Assembly: GCF_004010195.1 (NCBI RefSeq)
Contig: NC_057718.1
Coordinates: 63,843,905-63,907,904, forward strand
Direction of reading: 5' to 3'
From: Chiloscyllium plagiosum
Lineage: Eukaryota
Length of the DNA: 64,000 bases
Shown: one piece after another, positions 38,850 to 52,005 of the stretch
Layout of the letters: the number at the start of each line of letters is the position of its first letter
Position numbering within the stretch: position 1 is the stretch's first letter
Position numbers and translations under genes: made by a program
Notes under the pieces: generated by a model
Databases searched by the model: none
Seen by the model: the letters and a program-made list of their open reading frames with translations, nothing else
What the model was told of the DNA's origin: nothing

Positions 38850-39447
38850 TAGTAGGGGATTGTGTTTAAGAGCTACGAGGTTTTGCTGCAGCTCTATGGA
38901 GCTCTGGTTAAACCACACTTAGAATATCACGTTCAATTTTGGCTGCATCATTATAGGAAAGATGTGAAAGTTTTAGAGAGGATACAGAGGAGATTTACCA
39001 GGATGCAGCCTGGATTGGAGGGTATGTCTTGTAAAGAAAGGTTGAGGGAGCTAGGGCTTTTCTCATTGGAGTGAAGAAGGGTGAGAGGTGACTTGATAGA
39101 GGTGTACAAGATGATGAGAGGCATGGATAGAGTGGATAGTCAGAGATTTTTTTCCCAGGGCAGAAATGGCTATCACAAGGGGGCAGACTTTTAAGGTGAT
39201 TGGAGGAAGGTGTGGGGGGGATGTGAGAGGTAGGTTCTTTACACAGAGAGTGGTGGGTGCGTAGAATGCATTGCCAATAGTAGTAGTAGAGTCAGATACA
39301 TTAGGGATATTTAAGTGACTCTTGGATAGGCACATGGATGATAGTAAAATGTAGGGTATGTTGGTTAGTTTCATTTTAGATAGGATAAAAGGTTGGTACA
39401 ACATCAAGGGCTGAAGGGCATGTACTGTGTTGCACTGTTCTACGTTT
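38850..39447 (+). mobile_element. CR1 3' end
   Basis: LVKPHLEYHVQFW..ERIQRRFTRM..LGLFSLE followed by 3' UTR. Confidence 0.9.
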
Positions 39448-42370
39448 TATGTTAAGACCAAAGAGACCTATTCATTTAACACCCTTCCAATATCCTGCAG
39501 CTCCACAGACTGGTTTCCCTCTTGGTCCCTAATGGGTCCTACTCTTTCCCTGGTTAACTTCTTCCCTTTAATCCATTTATTAAATATCTTAGGTTTCTCC
39601 CCAATCCTGTTTGCAAGTCTTTTCTCATGCCACCTTTTCGCACTTCTAATTGCTTTCTCAAGTTCCATCTTGTGCTTCCTGTAGTTCTCCAGGGCCGCAG
39701 CTGAATTGCTCCCTTTGGACTTGCTAAAAGCCCTACTCTTCTTCTAGACATCCAGGGTCCTAGACATCCAGGGTTCTCTGAACTTATTGCTCCTACAGTT
39801 CCCTGTAAAGGGTATATGTTGGACCTATACTCTCCCCAGTTCCTTTTTGGATGCTTTCCATTGCTCTGCTGGAGACCTACCTGCAAGGAGCTGTTCTCAG
39901 TTTACTGTGGTCAGATTCTATTTTATCATATAAAATCTGCTTTCTCCAATCCAAAGCCATCATTTGCAGGCCATCTTTTTCCTTACCTAAAACAAATTTG
40001 AACCATACCGTGTTGTGGTTGCTATAGTCTAAATAATCCCCCTCTGCCACATTGAACACTTATCCAGCTTATTTCCCCAGAACAGCCCTAGCCTGTTCAG
40101 CCTCTCCCTGTAGCTCAAATCCTCTAACCCTGGCAACATCTTTGTAAATCTTTTCTGAACCCTTTCAAGTTTCGCAACATCTTTCCAGTAGGAAGGAGAC
40201 CAGAATTGCACGCAATGTTCCAACAGTGGCCTAAGCAATGCCCTTTACAGCTGCAACATGACCTCCCAACTCCTGTACTCAATACTCTGACCAATAAAGG
40301 AAAGCATACCAAACGCCTTCTTCACTATCCTATCTACCTATGACTCCACTTTCAAGGAACTATGAACCTGCACTCCTAGGTCTCTTTGTTCAGCAACACT
40401 CCCTCGGACCTTACCATTAAGTATATAAGTCCTGCTAAGATTTGCTTTCCCAAAATGCAGCACCTCGCATTTATCTGAANNNNNNNNNNNNNNNNNNNNN
40501 NNNNNNNNNNNNNNNNNNNNNNNNNNNNNNNNNNNNNNNNNNNNNNNNNNNNNNNNNNNNNNNNNNNNNNNNNNNNNNNNNNNNNNNNNNNNNNNNNNNN
40601 NNNNNNNNNNNNNNNNNNNNNNNNNNNNNNNNNNNNNNNNNNNNNNNNNNNNNNNNNNNNNNNNNNNNNNNNNNNNNNNNNNNNNNNNNNNNNNNNNNNN
40701 NNNNNNNNNNNNNNNNNNNNNNNNNNNNNNNNNNNNNNNNNNNNNNNNNNNNNNNNNNNNNNNNNNNNNNNNNNNNNNNNNNNNNNNNNNNNNNNNNNNN
40801 NNNNNNNNNNNNNNNNNNNNNNNNNNNNNNNNNNNNNNNNNNNNNNNNNNNNNNNNNNNNNNNNNNNNNNNNNNNNNNNNNNNNNNNNNNNNNNNNNNNN
40901 NNNNNNNNNNNNNNNNNNNNNNNNNNNNNNNNNNNNNNNNNNNNNNNNNTTTCTCATTGGAGTGAAGAAGGGTGAGAGGTGACTTGATAGAGGTGTACAA
41001 GATGATGAGAGGCATGGATAGAGTGGATAGTCAGAGATTTTTTTCCCAGGGCAGAAATGGCTATCACAAGGGGGCAGACTTTTAAGGTGATTGGAGGAAG
41101 GTGTGGGGGGGATGTGAGAGGTAGGTTCTTTACACAGAGAGTGGTGGGTGCGTAGAATGCATTGCCAATAGTAGTAGTAGAGTCAGATACATTAGGGATA
41201 TTTAAGTGACTCTTGGATAGGCACATGGATGATAGTAAAATGTAGGGTATGTTGGTTAGTTTCATTTTAGATAGGATAAAAGGTTGGTACAACATCAAGG
41301 GCTGAAGGGCATGTACTGTGTTGCACTGTTCTACGTTTTATGTTAAGACCAAAGAGACCTATTCATTTAACACCCTTCCAATATCCTGCAGCTCCACAGA
41401 CTGGTTTCCCTCTTGGTCCCTAATGGGTCCTACTCTTTCCCTGGTTAACTTCTTCCCTTTAATCCATTTATTAAATATCTTAGGTTTCTCCCCAATCCTG
41501 TTTGCAAGTCTTTTCTCATGCCACCTTTTCGCACTTCTAATTGCTTTCTCAAGTTCCATCTTGTGCTTCCTGTAGTTCTCCAGGGCCGCAGCTGAATTGC
41601 TCCCTTTGGACTTGCTAAAAGCCCTACTCTTCTTCTAGACATCCAGGGTCCTAGACATCCAGGGTTCTCTGAACTTATTGCTCCTACAGTTCCCTGTAAA
41701 GGGTATATGTTGGACCTATACTCTCCCCAGTTCCTTTTTGGATGCTTTCCATTGCTCTGCTGGAGACCTACCTGCAAGGAGCTGTTCTCAGTTTACTGTG
41801 GTCAGATTCTATTTTATCATATAAAATCTGCTTTCTCCAATCCAAAGCCATCATTTGCAGGCCATCTTTTTCCTTACCTAAAACAAATTTGAACCATACC
41901 GTGTTGTGGTTGCTATAGTCTAAATAATCCCCCTCTGCCACATTGAACACTTATCCAGCTTATTTCCCCAGAACAGCCCTAGCCTGTTCAGCCTCTCCCT
42001 GTAGCTCAAATCCTCTAACCCTGGCAACATCTTTGTAAATCTTTTCTGAACCCTTTCAAGTTTCGCAACATCTTTCCAGTAGGAAGGAGACCAGAATTGC
42101 ACGCAATGTTCCAACAGTGGCCTAAGCAATGCCCTTTACAGCTGCAACATGACCTCCCAACTCCTGTACTCAATACTCTGACCAATAAAGGAAAGCATAC
42201 CAAACGCCTTCTTCACTATCCTATCTACCTATGACTCCACTTTCAAGGAACTATGAACCTGCACTCCTAGGTCTCTTTGTTCAGCAACACTCCCTCGGAC
42301 CTTACCATTAAGTATATAAGTCCTGCTAAGATTTGCTTTCCCAAAATGCAGCACCTCGCATTTATCTGAA
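39059..42370. repeat. Apparently identical 1421-bp direct repeat on both sides of gap 40480-40949 (likely assembly overlap artefact)
   Basis: 39059-40479 matches 40950-42370 (offset 1891, identical ORF translations); both copies end exactly at the gap edges. Confidence 0.9.
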
Positions 42371-42960
42371 TTAAACCCCATCTTCTACTTCTCAGCCCAT
42401 TGGCTCATCTGGTCAAGATCCTGTTGTCATCTGAGGTAACCCTTTTCGCTGTCCACTACACCTCCAATTTTGATGTCATCTGCAAACTTACTAACTGTAC
42501 CTCTTATGCTCGCATCCAAATCGTTTATGTAAATGACAAAAAGTAGAGGACCCAGCACCGATCCTTGTGGCACTCCACTGGTCACAGGCCTCCAGTCTGA
42601 AAAACAACCCTCCACCACCACCCTTTGAGCCAGTTCTGTATCTAAATGGCTAGTTCTCCCTGTATTCTGTGAGATCTAACCTTGCTAATCAGTCTCCCAG
42701 GGGGAACTTTGTCAAACGTTTTACTGAAGTTCATATAGATAACATCTACCGCTCTGTCCTCCTCAATCCTCTTTGTTACTTCCTCAAAAAACTTAATCAA
42801 GTTTGTGAGACATGATTTCCCACGTACAAAACCATGTTGACTATCCCTAATCAGGGAGGACCCTTCCAAGATATCACCTCTCCTTATTGTAGTAATTGAT
42901 TCTTTAATTAATAGTGCAACATCACCTACTTTTTTACATCCTCCTCTGTTACTGCTCAAA
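41346..42960 (-). mobile_element. Nested or chimeric CR1 fragments: an RT piece (~41963-42853) within an endonuclease/linker piece
   Basis: GDVALLIKESIT..EGSS joins directly to LIRDSQHGFVRGKSCLTNL; the RT piece ends at LNRLGLF, then NHNTVWF..ERVGPIRD resumes. Confidence 0.8.
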
Positions 42961-44340
42961 GTCTCTTCTACGGTTTCACCATCTCAGCACTCAATTCCTC
43001 AAGTGGTCTCCTGACCAGTTTTCATGAATCTATCTTTAGCAAACTTCCCCCAACACAATGATTCCTGCACCAAGACCGCCAACACCAACCCCATCTTCAT
43101 TCAACTCCAATAGCTTCCTGTGTTACCTTCACAATTTCAAACACCTACATGCCTCTGTCCCCTCTTTCCACTCCTGAAGTCACCATTACCATCTGTTTAT
43201 CAATCCTATGTGAATTATTGTTTATTCTTCTCCACCTTCACTATATTATCAAAATACAATCTTTGAGACTACACCCTTTTCCAAGACAATTTTGTTTTTT
43301 TATTTTTATTTTTGCCTCCCAAGGTCTCTAAAAGTATTTGGAACTTTATTCCCATACTTCACTTTGTAAGATGCTCTGTGTTGTTTATTTCACTCAGGAG
43401 AATGTTCCATTACATATGTGTAATTTTCGGCTTTAATAAATATCACCTCCTGTACATGTATTATAATGTGATTTAGATCTCACACACCGTGGCTCCAAAA
43501 ATACTAAGAGGGCTTTCACTGTCTAATATTGAATGATCTGAATATTGAACTAATTCAATGGCTGAGTTATCTCTTTATCATCATCTCACATTCTGTTGAA
43601 TGACTATCACTACTGCTTACAGACACCGAAAATGCTGAGAGCCTAGGTGGCTACTAAATGTAATATAACTTACAAATAATACTCTTCCACTATTTACAGT
43701 GATAGTCTACAGAAAATAAAGAGATGTCAGTACTAATGTAATCCTGAGGTCAGCAATAATGATAAACTTGCTCTGGCTTCACTCATAATTGTTTACATGC
43801 ACTCATAATATAACACAGAGCAAACTGAGATCATTCAGTTCTTCATATCTGTGCTGGCTCTTTGAAATAAATTTTGTTCCTTTTGCCTGTCTTTTAACCA
43901 ATTTTTTTCCATTCACGTATTTATCCAATTCTGGATATTTTTATTGAATTTGCTTTCACGAGCTTTTCAGGTCCTCTACTGTTGCTATGGTGGGCAAGTT
44001 TGGAAGACATAAGTCACTCCACCTGGTGCTTAGATGACAACAATGACTTTTTCAGGCAGCACAATCCAGATTGTAATGGCTCGATGAGTTTAAAAAAGCT
44101 CATATTTTACTTCTGAGTCTTTTGCCAGTTACTGCAACATTTGTCTGGCCCATCAACCCTTTTGGCATCGAAATAGTTTCTTCTTAATGACCTTGTCAAA
44201 ATTCTTCATTATTTTAAACATCTGTGTAAAGTATCGATTAACATTCTCTGCTACCAGGTTCGTTAGTTTTCCCACATAACTGAAATTTCACATCCCCAAT
44301 GCTAGTCCATAAATATCTTCCTCTTGGCCTTGACATATGA

Positions 44341-45425
44341 CCATAAGACCATAAGACATAGGAGTGGAAGTAAGGCCATTCGGCCCATCAAGTCCACTCC
44401 GCCATTTAATCATGGCTGACAGGCATTTCAACTCCACTAACCAGCATTCTCCCTGTAGCCCTTAATTCCTTGTGACATCAAGAATTTATCAATCTCTGCC
44501 TTGAAGCCATTTAGTGTCCCGGCCTCCACTGCACTCCGTGGCAATGAATTCCACAGGCCCACCACTCTCTGGCTGAAGAAATGTCTCCGCATTTCCGTTC
44601 TGAATTTACCCCCTTTAATTCTAAGGCTGTGTCCACAGGTCCTAGTCTCCTCGCCTAACTGAAACAATTTCTTAGCGTCCACCCTTTTCAAGCCATGTAT
44701 TATCTTGTAAGTTTCTATTAGATCTCCCCTTAACCTCATAAACCCCAATGAATACAATCCCAGGATCCTTAACCGTTCTTCGTATGTTAGACCTGCCATT
44801 CCAGGGACCATCCGTGTGAATCTCCGCTGGACATGCTCCAGTGCCAGTATGTCCCTCCTGAGGTGTGGGGCCCAAAACTGGACACAGCACTCCAAATGGG
44901 GCCTAACCAGAGCTTTATAAAGGCTCAGTAGCACATCGCTGCTTTTATATTCCAACCCTCTTGAGATAAATGACAACATTGCATTCGCTTTCTTAATCAT
45001 GGATTCAACCTACATGTTTACCTTTAGAGAATCCTCGACTAGCACTCCCAGATCCCTTTGTACTTTGGCTTTATGAATTTTCTCACCGTTTAGAAAGTAG
45101 TCCATGCTTGTATTCTTTTATCTAAAGTGCAAGACCTCGCATTTGCTCACATTGAATTTCATCAGCCATTTCCTGGACCACTCTCCCAAACTGTCTAGAT
45201 CCTTCTGCAGCCTCCCCACTTCCTCAGTACTACCTGCCTGTCCACCTAACTTTGTATCATCGGCAAGCTTCGCTAGAATGCCCCCAGTCCCTTCATCCAG
45301 ATCATTAATATATAATGTGAACAGCTGCGGCCCCAACACTGAACCCTGCGGGACACCGCTTGCCACTCGCTGCCATTCCGAAAAAGAATCTCTTATCCCA
45401 ACTCTCTGCCTTCTGTCAGACAATC
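44341..45425 (-). mobile_element. Young 5'-truncated CR1 LINE
   Basis: [28 protein letters not shown], 187-aa C-terminal ORF, tail (ccataaga)n. Confidence 0.93.
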
Positions 45426-46119
45426 CTTATGACCTATACACAATGGCAGGCAGGAAATGATCCTTTGGTATCTTACATACTGTTGCAAGAATCCATATAG
45501 AATCATAGGACCCCTACAGTTTGGAAGCAGACCATATGGCCCATTGAATCCACAGCCAACATCTGAAGTAAAGCCCATCAAGATCCATTTTCCAAACCTT
45601 ATACAGCAGCCCTATATAGCACTATTAGGGTAACAAAATGTCTAAAAGCTCTTCACAGAAGCATTGTAACACATAAAATAACTATTTAAAGAAATATTAA
45701 GATAATGGAAAGCATGATTAAAGTGTTAGGTTATAAGTAGTATTTCACAAAAGAGAAAGCTAGGCAGAGAAGTGGAGATCTGGAGGGATGGAATTCCAGA
45801 ACTTAGAACCTGGGTAATGGAAGGCATGAGCCTTGCACCAAGCATAAAAATTAAATATAGAGCTACAAAAGAGATGAGAATTAGGGGAGCGCAGAAATTG
45901 CAGAGGCTTTGTGGGCTGGAGGAGATTACAGTGATAAGGAGCTTGACGACATAGCGCAATTTAAAAACAAGAAAGAACATTTTAAAATCAAGACATTGCT
46001 TGACCAAATGGGTCACGGACCGCATTGATGATAAGTGAACAAAACTTGGTACATGTTATGGCTTGAGCAGAAAAGTTCTGAATGATCTCTAGTTTACGGA
46101 GAGTAGGATGTGAGACACA

Positions 46120-46380
46120 GGCGAATGACTGTGTGGAGTTTGCATGTTCTCCCCGTGTCTGCGTGGGTTTCCTCCGGGTGCTCCGGTTTCCTCCCACAGT
46201 CCAAAGATGTGCAGGTAAGGTAAATTGGCCATGCTAAATTGCCCGTAGTGTTAGGTAAGGGGTAAATGTAGGGTTATGGGTGGGTTGTGCTTCGGCGGGT
46301 CGGTGTGGACTTGTTGGGCCGAAGGGCCTGTTTCCACACTGTAATGTAATGTAATGTAATGTAATCTAATCTAATCTAAT
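46120..46380 (+). mobile_element. 5'-truncated HE1-type SINE with (TAATG)n(TAATC)n tail
   Basis: Near-consensus core and microsatellite tail at 46341-46380. Confidence 0.9.
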
Positions 46381-46544
46381 TAGTTTGAGTCTAATCGAAT
46401 AGTAAACTTTAACTGTAACAAAATCATGAATGAGAGTTTGAGAGAACAAAATGGGGTGCAATCAGGCACTGATGTAAAGTCAGAACCTCATTTTGGAGTC
46501 AAATGTAGTACCAAGAATGTGAGCCGGCTGATTTAATGTCATAA

Positions 46545-46680
46545 GTAAAACAAAGACCTGTGGATGCTGGAAATCCAAAACAAAAACAGGAATTGCTGTG
46601 AACCTCAGCAGGTCAGGCAGCATCTGTGGGAAGAAAGCAGAGTTAATGTTTCGAGTCCAGTGAACCTCCTTCGGGCCTGG
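46545..46680 (-). mobile_element. Penelope pLTR fragment
   Basis: tgtggatgctggaaatc...ctcagcaggtcaggcagcatctgtggg...gtttcgagtccagtga. Confidence 0.75.
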
Positions 46681-46859
46681 ATTCAAAACTGAACATTCTG
46701 AAGATGTCAGATAAGCTGCTCAGTAATTTAGCAACATTTGAGGACTCACAATATATTTAATTTGCAGCCACACCAAAGCTTGCACTCCCAGGAAGTGACA
46801 GAAAAACCAGATGAAAATCCCAGCCCAATTAGGGCAAAAAATGATTAGGAATATACCTT

Positions 46860-47120
46860 GATATATGGGAGCACCACCACCTGCAAGTTCCCATCTAAGC
46901 CACTCATCTTCCGGACTTAGAACCACATTGTCTTACTTTCACTGCCTTTGGACCAAATGCTTGAACTCCCTTCCTAACAGTATTGTGGATGCTTCTACAC
47001 TATATGTACTGTAGTGGTTTAAGAAGGTCATTCCCCACTACCTTCTCAAGGGCAACTGAGGATGAACAATAAATGTTGGTCCAGCCATCGATGCCCACAC
47101 TCAATGAAAGAACAAAAGTA
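46860..47120 (+). mobile_element. LINE 3' end whose tail is shared with the 3510/29350 SINE family
   Basis: ccttctcaagggcaactgaggatgaacaataaatgttggtccagccatcgatgcccac. Confidence 0.65.
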
Positions 47121-47374
47121 AATGTGAGAAGACCTAGAATGGACAATTTTCCATCTCAGTCCTGACCAAAGTTTTCCACAAGGGCAAAATCATGTGCTTT
47201 GTCTTCCAGTCCAATGAATACAACCCAATATCTTATTCACTCAAGATATTGCTTCACGACAATGCTTAGTAACTATTCGAGGCTTTGTATTAAAATGCTC
47301 AGACAGCTTCCTTTCTTCACCTTCCTTAATGCCTGACACTGAATGGGCATTTGCACATTGAGTTATTACCAGTA

Positions 47375-50300
47375 AGACTGTAAGAAATAGGAACAGGAGT
47401 AGCATGCCCAACCCCTCAAGCCTCCTCTGCCATTCAACAGGATCTTGGGTGATCCGTCACCCCTCATATCCACTTTCCTGCCCTTTCCCCACAACCCTTG
47501 ATTCCGCTAATGAACAAGAATCTATCTCATCCCTAAGTATACTCAAGGACTCTTTCCCACAGCCTTCTATGGCAAGGAGTTGCAAATATTCACAAGCCTT
47601 TGAGAGAAGAAATTCCTCCTCATCTCAATCTTATATTGGTATCTCTTAATTCTGAGACAATGCCCTCTGATCCTTGACTCTCACATGAGGAGAAACATCT
47701 TCTCTGTATTTACCCTTAAAATCGCCTTACAAATCCTATATGTCTCAATGAGATCGTCTCTAATTCTTATAAACTTCAGTAAGTAGAATCCCAACCTGTT
47801 TAGCCTTTGCTCTTGAGACAATCCCTCCGTACCAGGGATCATCCTACTGAATGTTCTCCGAATTGCCTCCAATGGAATGATATCTTTCCTTAAATAGGGG
47901 GCTCAGAAATGCTCACTGCATTTCAGATGTGGTCTCACTAACATCTTGTACAATTGCAGTAAGATTTCCCTACTCTTATACTGCAGCCCCCTTGAAATAA
48001 GAGCCAACATTCCATTCACATTCTTGATTACCTGGTGCACCCATGTGCTAGCTTTCTCTGTTTCATGTACAAGGACCTCCAAGTCCCAGTGTGTTGCAGT
48101 TTTCTGCAGGTTTTTCTCCATTTAAGTAATATTATGTTCTTTTGTTCTCCCTTACAAAATGAAGAACTTCACATTTTCTCACATAATGCTCCATGTACCA
48201 ACTTTTTTGTCCACTTACTTTACCTATCGATATGTCTCTGTAAAAAGTTTGCATCCCTCTTGTAATTTACCTTTCCAGCATTTTTTGCGTTGTTTGCAAA
48301 TTTGGCTACAATACATTCTCTCCCTTTCTCTAAGTCAATGATATATATTGCAAACAGTCCAGGTCTCAGATCCCTGTCGAATCCCATTGGTCACAGGTTG
48401 TCAACCTGAAAACGACCCCCTTATCCCCATTCGTTATTTCTTGCTCATTAGTCAATTCTCTGTCCACGCCAATACACTATCTCCAACACCATGGCTCTTA
48501 TTGTATGACTTAACCTTTTGTGAGGTACGTTGTTGAATGCCTTCTGGAAGTCCAAGTACAACTACTGGTTTGTTTATGGAATTTCGATTTGAATGCCAGG
48601 CCTCTAGGAATTCCCGTGCATATCTTTGTTTGGCCTGTCCCAGGATGGATGCATTGTCCCAGTTGAACTGGTGTCCCTCTTCGTCTGTGTGCATGGATAC
48701 TAGTGATAGATGGTCAGGTCTTTTGGTGACTAGTTTGGGCTCGCACATGATAAGTCCCCTGGCCTTGATTGCTTGCATCCTAGGATCCTAAAGGAGACAT
48801 CTAAAGAAACAGTGGATGCATTGGTTGTAATTTTACCAAGATTCTTGGATTCTGGAGAAGTATTAAAGCATTGGAAAACTGCCAATGTGAAGCCCTTCTA
48901 TCAAAAGGAAGGAGATAAAAAGCGGTTGATTCGCCTGACATCTATTGTTGGAAAAGAACTGGAACCAATTAACAAGGAAATAACAGCAGAACTTTTGTAA
49001 AATCATAATCTAATCAAGCAGAATCAGCATGGTTTCATGAAAGGGCAAGCATGTCTGACTAATTTATGTGAACTTATCAAAGAGGTACATACAGATCTGT
49101 ACCCCATTTATCAACCTCTCAGAAGCAGAAACGGAAATTATATCACCCATCACAACAAACCAAGACACATAAAAAGCAAGCAGGACGGAACACCAGTGCT
49201 TCACCGGAGGCTCACTGAAGATATTACCTAGCATGGTGACAAAATGTCTAAAAACAAATCCACCAGCTCAGACAGCAAACCGACATCCTGATCTACAATC
49301 TTCTCCAATGGTTTTTCTTGCAACTTAATATTATCCTTAAATTCCTTGGTTGGCCATGGTTGTTTTTTCTTTCTTTCAGAATTTTCTCCTTATTGAGATG
49401 TATTTTTGCTGAGAATCATGAATTCAAGGCAGACAAACAAGAGGCTGGAAGAACACAGCTAGCCAGGCAGCATCAGGAGATGGAGAGTCCGGGGGACTCA
49501 TCATGTACAAGCACATACTAGTCACCAATGTTTCAGGTGTAACCCTTCTTCAGGACTGGGGGTGGCTGTACCTCCTTATATGGCTGCCTCTGCTTGCTTA
49601 CTGTCATTCCTACTAATCTATCCACCCAGCTCATTTTGTCGTAATTCCCTTTAAGTTAAAAACAGTTAATTCTGACTGAAGTTTCTCACTCTCAAAGCGA
49701 ATATTAAATTCTATTATGTCATGATCTCTACTTCCCAGGGGATCTTTTACTCAGAGGTCATTTATTAAACCTGCATCATTACCCATAACCAGATCCAAGA
49801 CAGCCCATTGGCTCCATGACATATTACGCTAGGAAAACTGTCCCCAATGCATTCTATGAATTCTTTGTCATAGCTATTCTTTTCAATTTGATGAACCCAA
49901 TCAATATGAAGATGAAAGTCACTCATAATTATTGCTCCATTCTTTTTACATGCTCCTATTATTTGTTGATTTACAGCCTTTCCTACAGAATGGCTATTTT
50001 TGATGAGGCTGCACGGTACTCCTACCATTGTTTTTCTCCCCTTGCTGTTTTCTCCCCCACCCAAATGGACTCTATATCATCTGAACTGAGATCATCTCTT
50101 ACAACTGTCTGCATTTCATCTCTTATTAACAATGCTACTCCAAAACCTTTTCCATCCCTCCTGTTAATTATCCCTGCATGTTAATTTCCCAGTTTTGATC
50201 TCCTTGTAAGTGTGTTCACATAATGGTTTATTCATTTACATTATTCATCTACCTTATTCCAAATGCTTCATGCATTAAGATATAAAACTTTTAAGTTTGT

Positions 50301-50480
50301 TCTATTATGGAATTTCTCTATAGTTTTGTGATTCCTTGGTGCAATATGACATTCACAAATTTTATCCCTTCCTTTCATTTTCTGGTAAAATCAGCCCCAT
50401 CACAAACCTGCAATCCCACCTCTTCTTTAACCTTTGAGTTTCTAATTTTCTATGCAACTGAACCCCTCTACCACTAATTA
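47375..50480 (-). mobile_element. Long degenerate CR1 (3' UTR to endonuclease) with Penelope insertions and an internal inversion
   Basis: LQYKSREILLQLYKMLVRPHL; VYLDFQKAF; IMSDFHLHIDW..KEFIECIGDSF; the RT piece at ~48752-49086 lies on the + strand. Confidence 0.85.
48570..49300. mobile_element. Penelope GIY-YIG C-terminus/pLTR split by an inversion (48570-48750 minus; 49087-49300 plus)
   Basis: LSLVSMHTDEEGHQFNWDNASILGQAKQRYAREFLEAWHSNRNSINK on -, continued by HTDLYPIYQPLR on +; homologous to 450-825. Confidence 0.85.
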
Positions 50481-50509
50481 AATGTACATGCACAGAATTT
50501 GCAGAATGT

Positions 50510-51126
50510 TGTTATGGACCAGATCCAAACCTTTCAAAATATATTAAGAAGATAGCCTAGACTCTAACTTTCTCTTATTTTAAAGGTAAATAGGAGGTGC
50601 TGTGTTCCAGATGCAAATCCAGATGCCAATTACTCGAGGTTAAGCAAAACACAATTTATTCAAATACAATAGTTAAAACACAACAAAAGAAAGAAAAATT
50701 GAAGTAACTTAACCCTATTGGAAAACTTAACTGAACAATAAGTACAGTAAATATTACCTAAGTAACAGTTCCAATATAGTAACATCCCATAAACACACCC
50801 TTGGCAAAAGGCAAATTTAAAAAACAGATTAGCAGGTGTGGAACCCTCAGCTTTTGGCTGTAACCAAGAGAGGGACAAAAAAATAGCTTCCAGTTCTTCA
50901 AGATCCCAACAGCAACTTTTGCAGCTAAACCCAAAATCCCTGGTTATGTGGGTGGGAGCTTGACTACATCCATTCAGGCTGTTTCTATTGTTCCACCTTT
51001 TAAAAGAAATACCCAAGGTTTCACAAGTTGTTTATCTTCTCATAGATTGCTCATCACCTGTCCCCCAATCTCTGTCTAAAACAAAGCAGGACTGAACACA
51101 TCTCTTAAAGCCATAGTATCGTTACA
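50510..51126 (-). mobile_element. Solo LTR-like element (probably Gypsy-type)
   Basis: TG...CA termini (TGTTA...GTTACA), near 4-bp TSD atgt/atct, AATAAA on the minus strand at ~50655-50660. Confidence 0.65.
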
Positions 51127-51634
51127 ATCTACCAAAATATCAGTATTTAGGTTTACGTACATTAGAGAAACAAAAACTCCAACATCGACTCCTGCTGGAC
51201 TTCACTGGTGATTGGTTTTCTATTCTTTTCTACTTTCTATTTATGACCTTTATATCCAGCTCATTACATTGCCATTAGTCATTTGATATTACAAAGTTTG
51301 AACATTATTGAAAAAAAAGATTCGGTTTGTCAATAATTTTTGTCTTGCACACACCAGTGCAATTTCAAAATGATCAATTCAAGGGGAAAATCAACAATTA
51401 TAATGATTGCGAAAACAAATAATTAGTTGGAAAGTGGATTCTGATTGGTATAGGCTTTGCCATGGCAAAAATGCCAGTTAGTGATGGTTGTTAACTGTCA
51501 AGCTTTGTTTAAACGTAAACACACAAATAAACTCTGATTAGTCAGGGTATTGCTCTGAGAAATGTTCAGTTGAATTGAAATAGGCACAATGCATGTGCAT
51601 GTTTAGGGTTTAGGGTGAGCAGGGAGTAGTGATA

Positions 51635-52005
51635 GCACAGATACAATCCAACTAATCCTTACTGACCAGATATTCTAAATTAACCTAGTCCTATTTGCCA
51701 GCATTTGGGCCTTATTCCTCTAAACCCTTCATATTCATATACCCATCCAGGTGCCTTTTAAATGCTGTACTTGTACCAGCCTCCACCAGTTCCTCTGGCA
51801 GCTCATTCCAAATGTGCACTACCTTCTTTGTGAATCTTTCCCCTCTCATCTTAAACCTATGCCTGCTAGTTTTGGATTCCCCTATCCTCGGGAAAAGGCT
51901 TTAGCTAGTCATCCTATCCATGCTTCTCAAGACTTTATAAACCTCTATAAGGCCATGCCTCAACTTCCGATGTTCTAGGGAAAATAGCCCCAGCCTATTC
52001 AGCCT
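51635..52005 (-). mobile_element. CR1 3' end fragment
   Basis: Homologous to 32470-33200. Confidence 0.85.
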
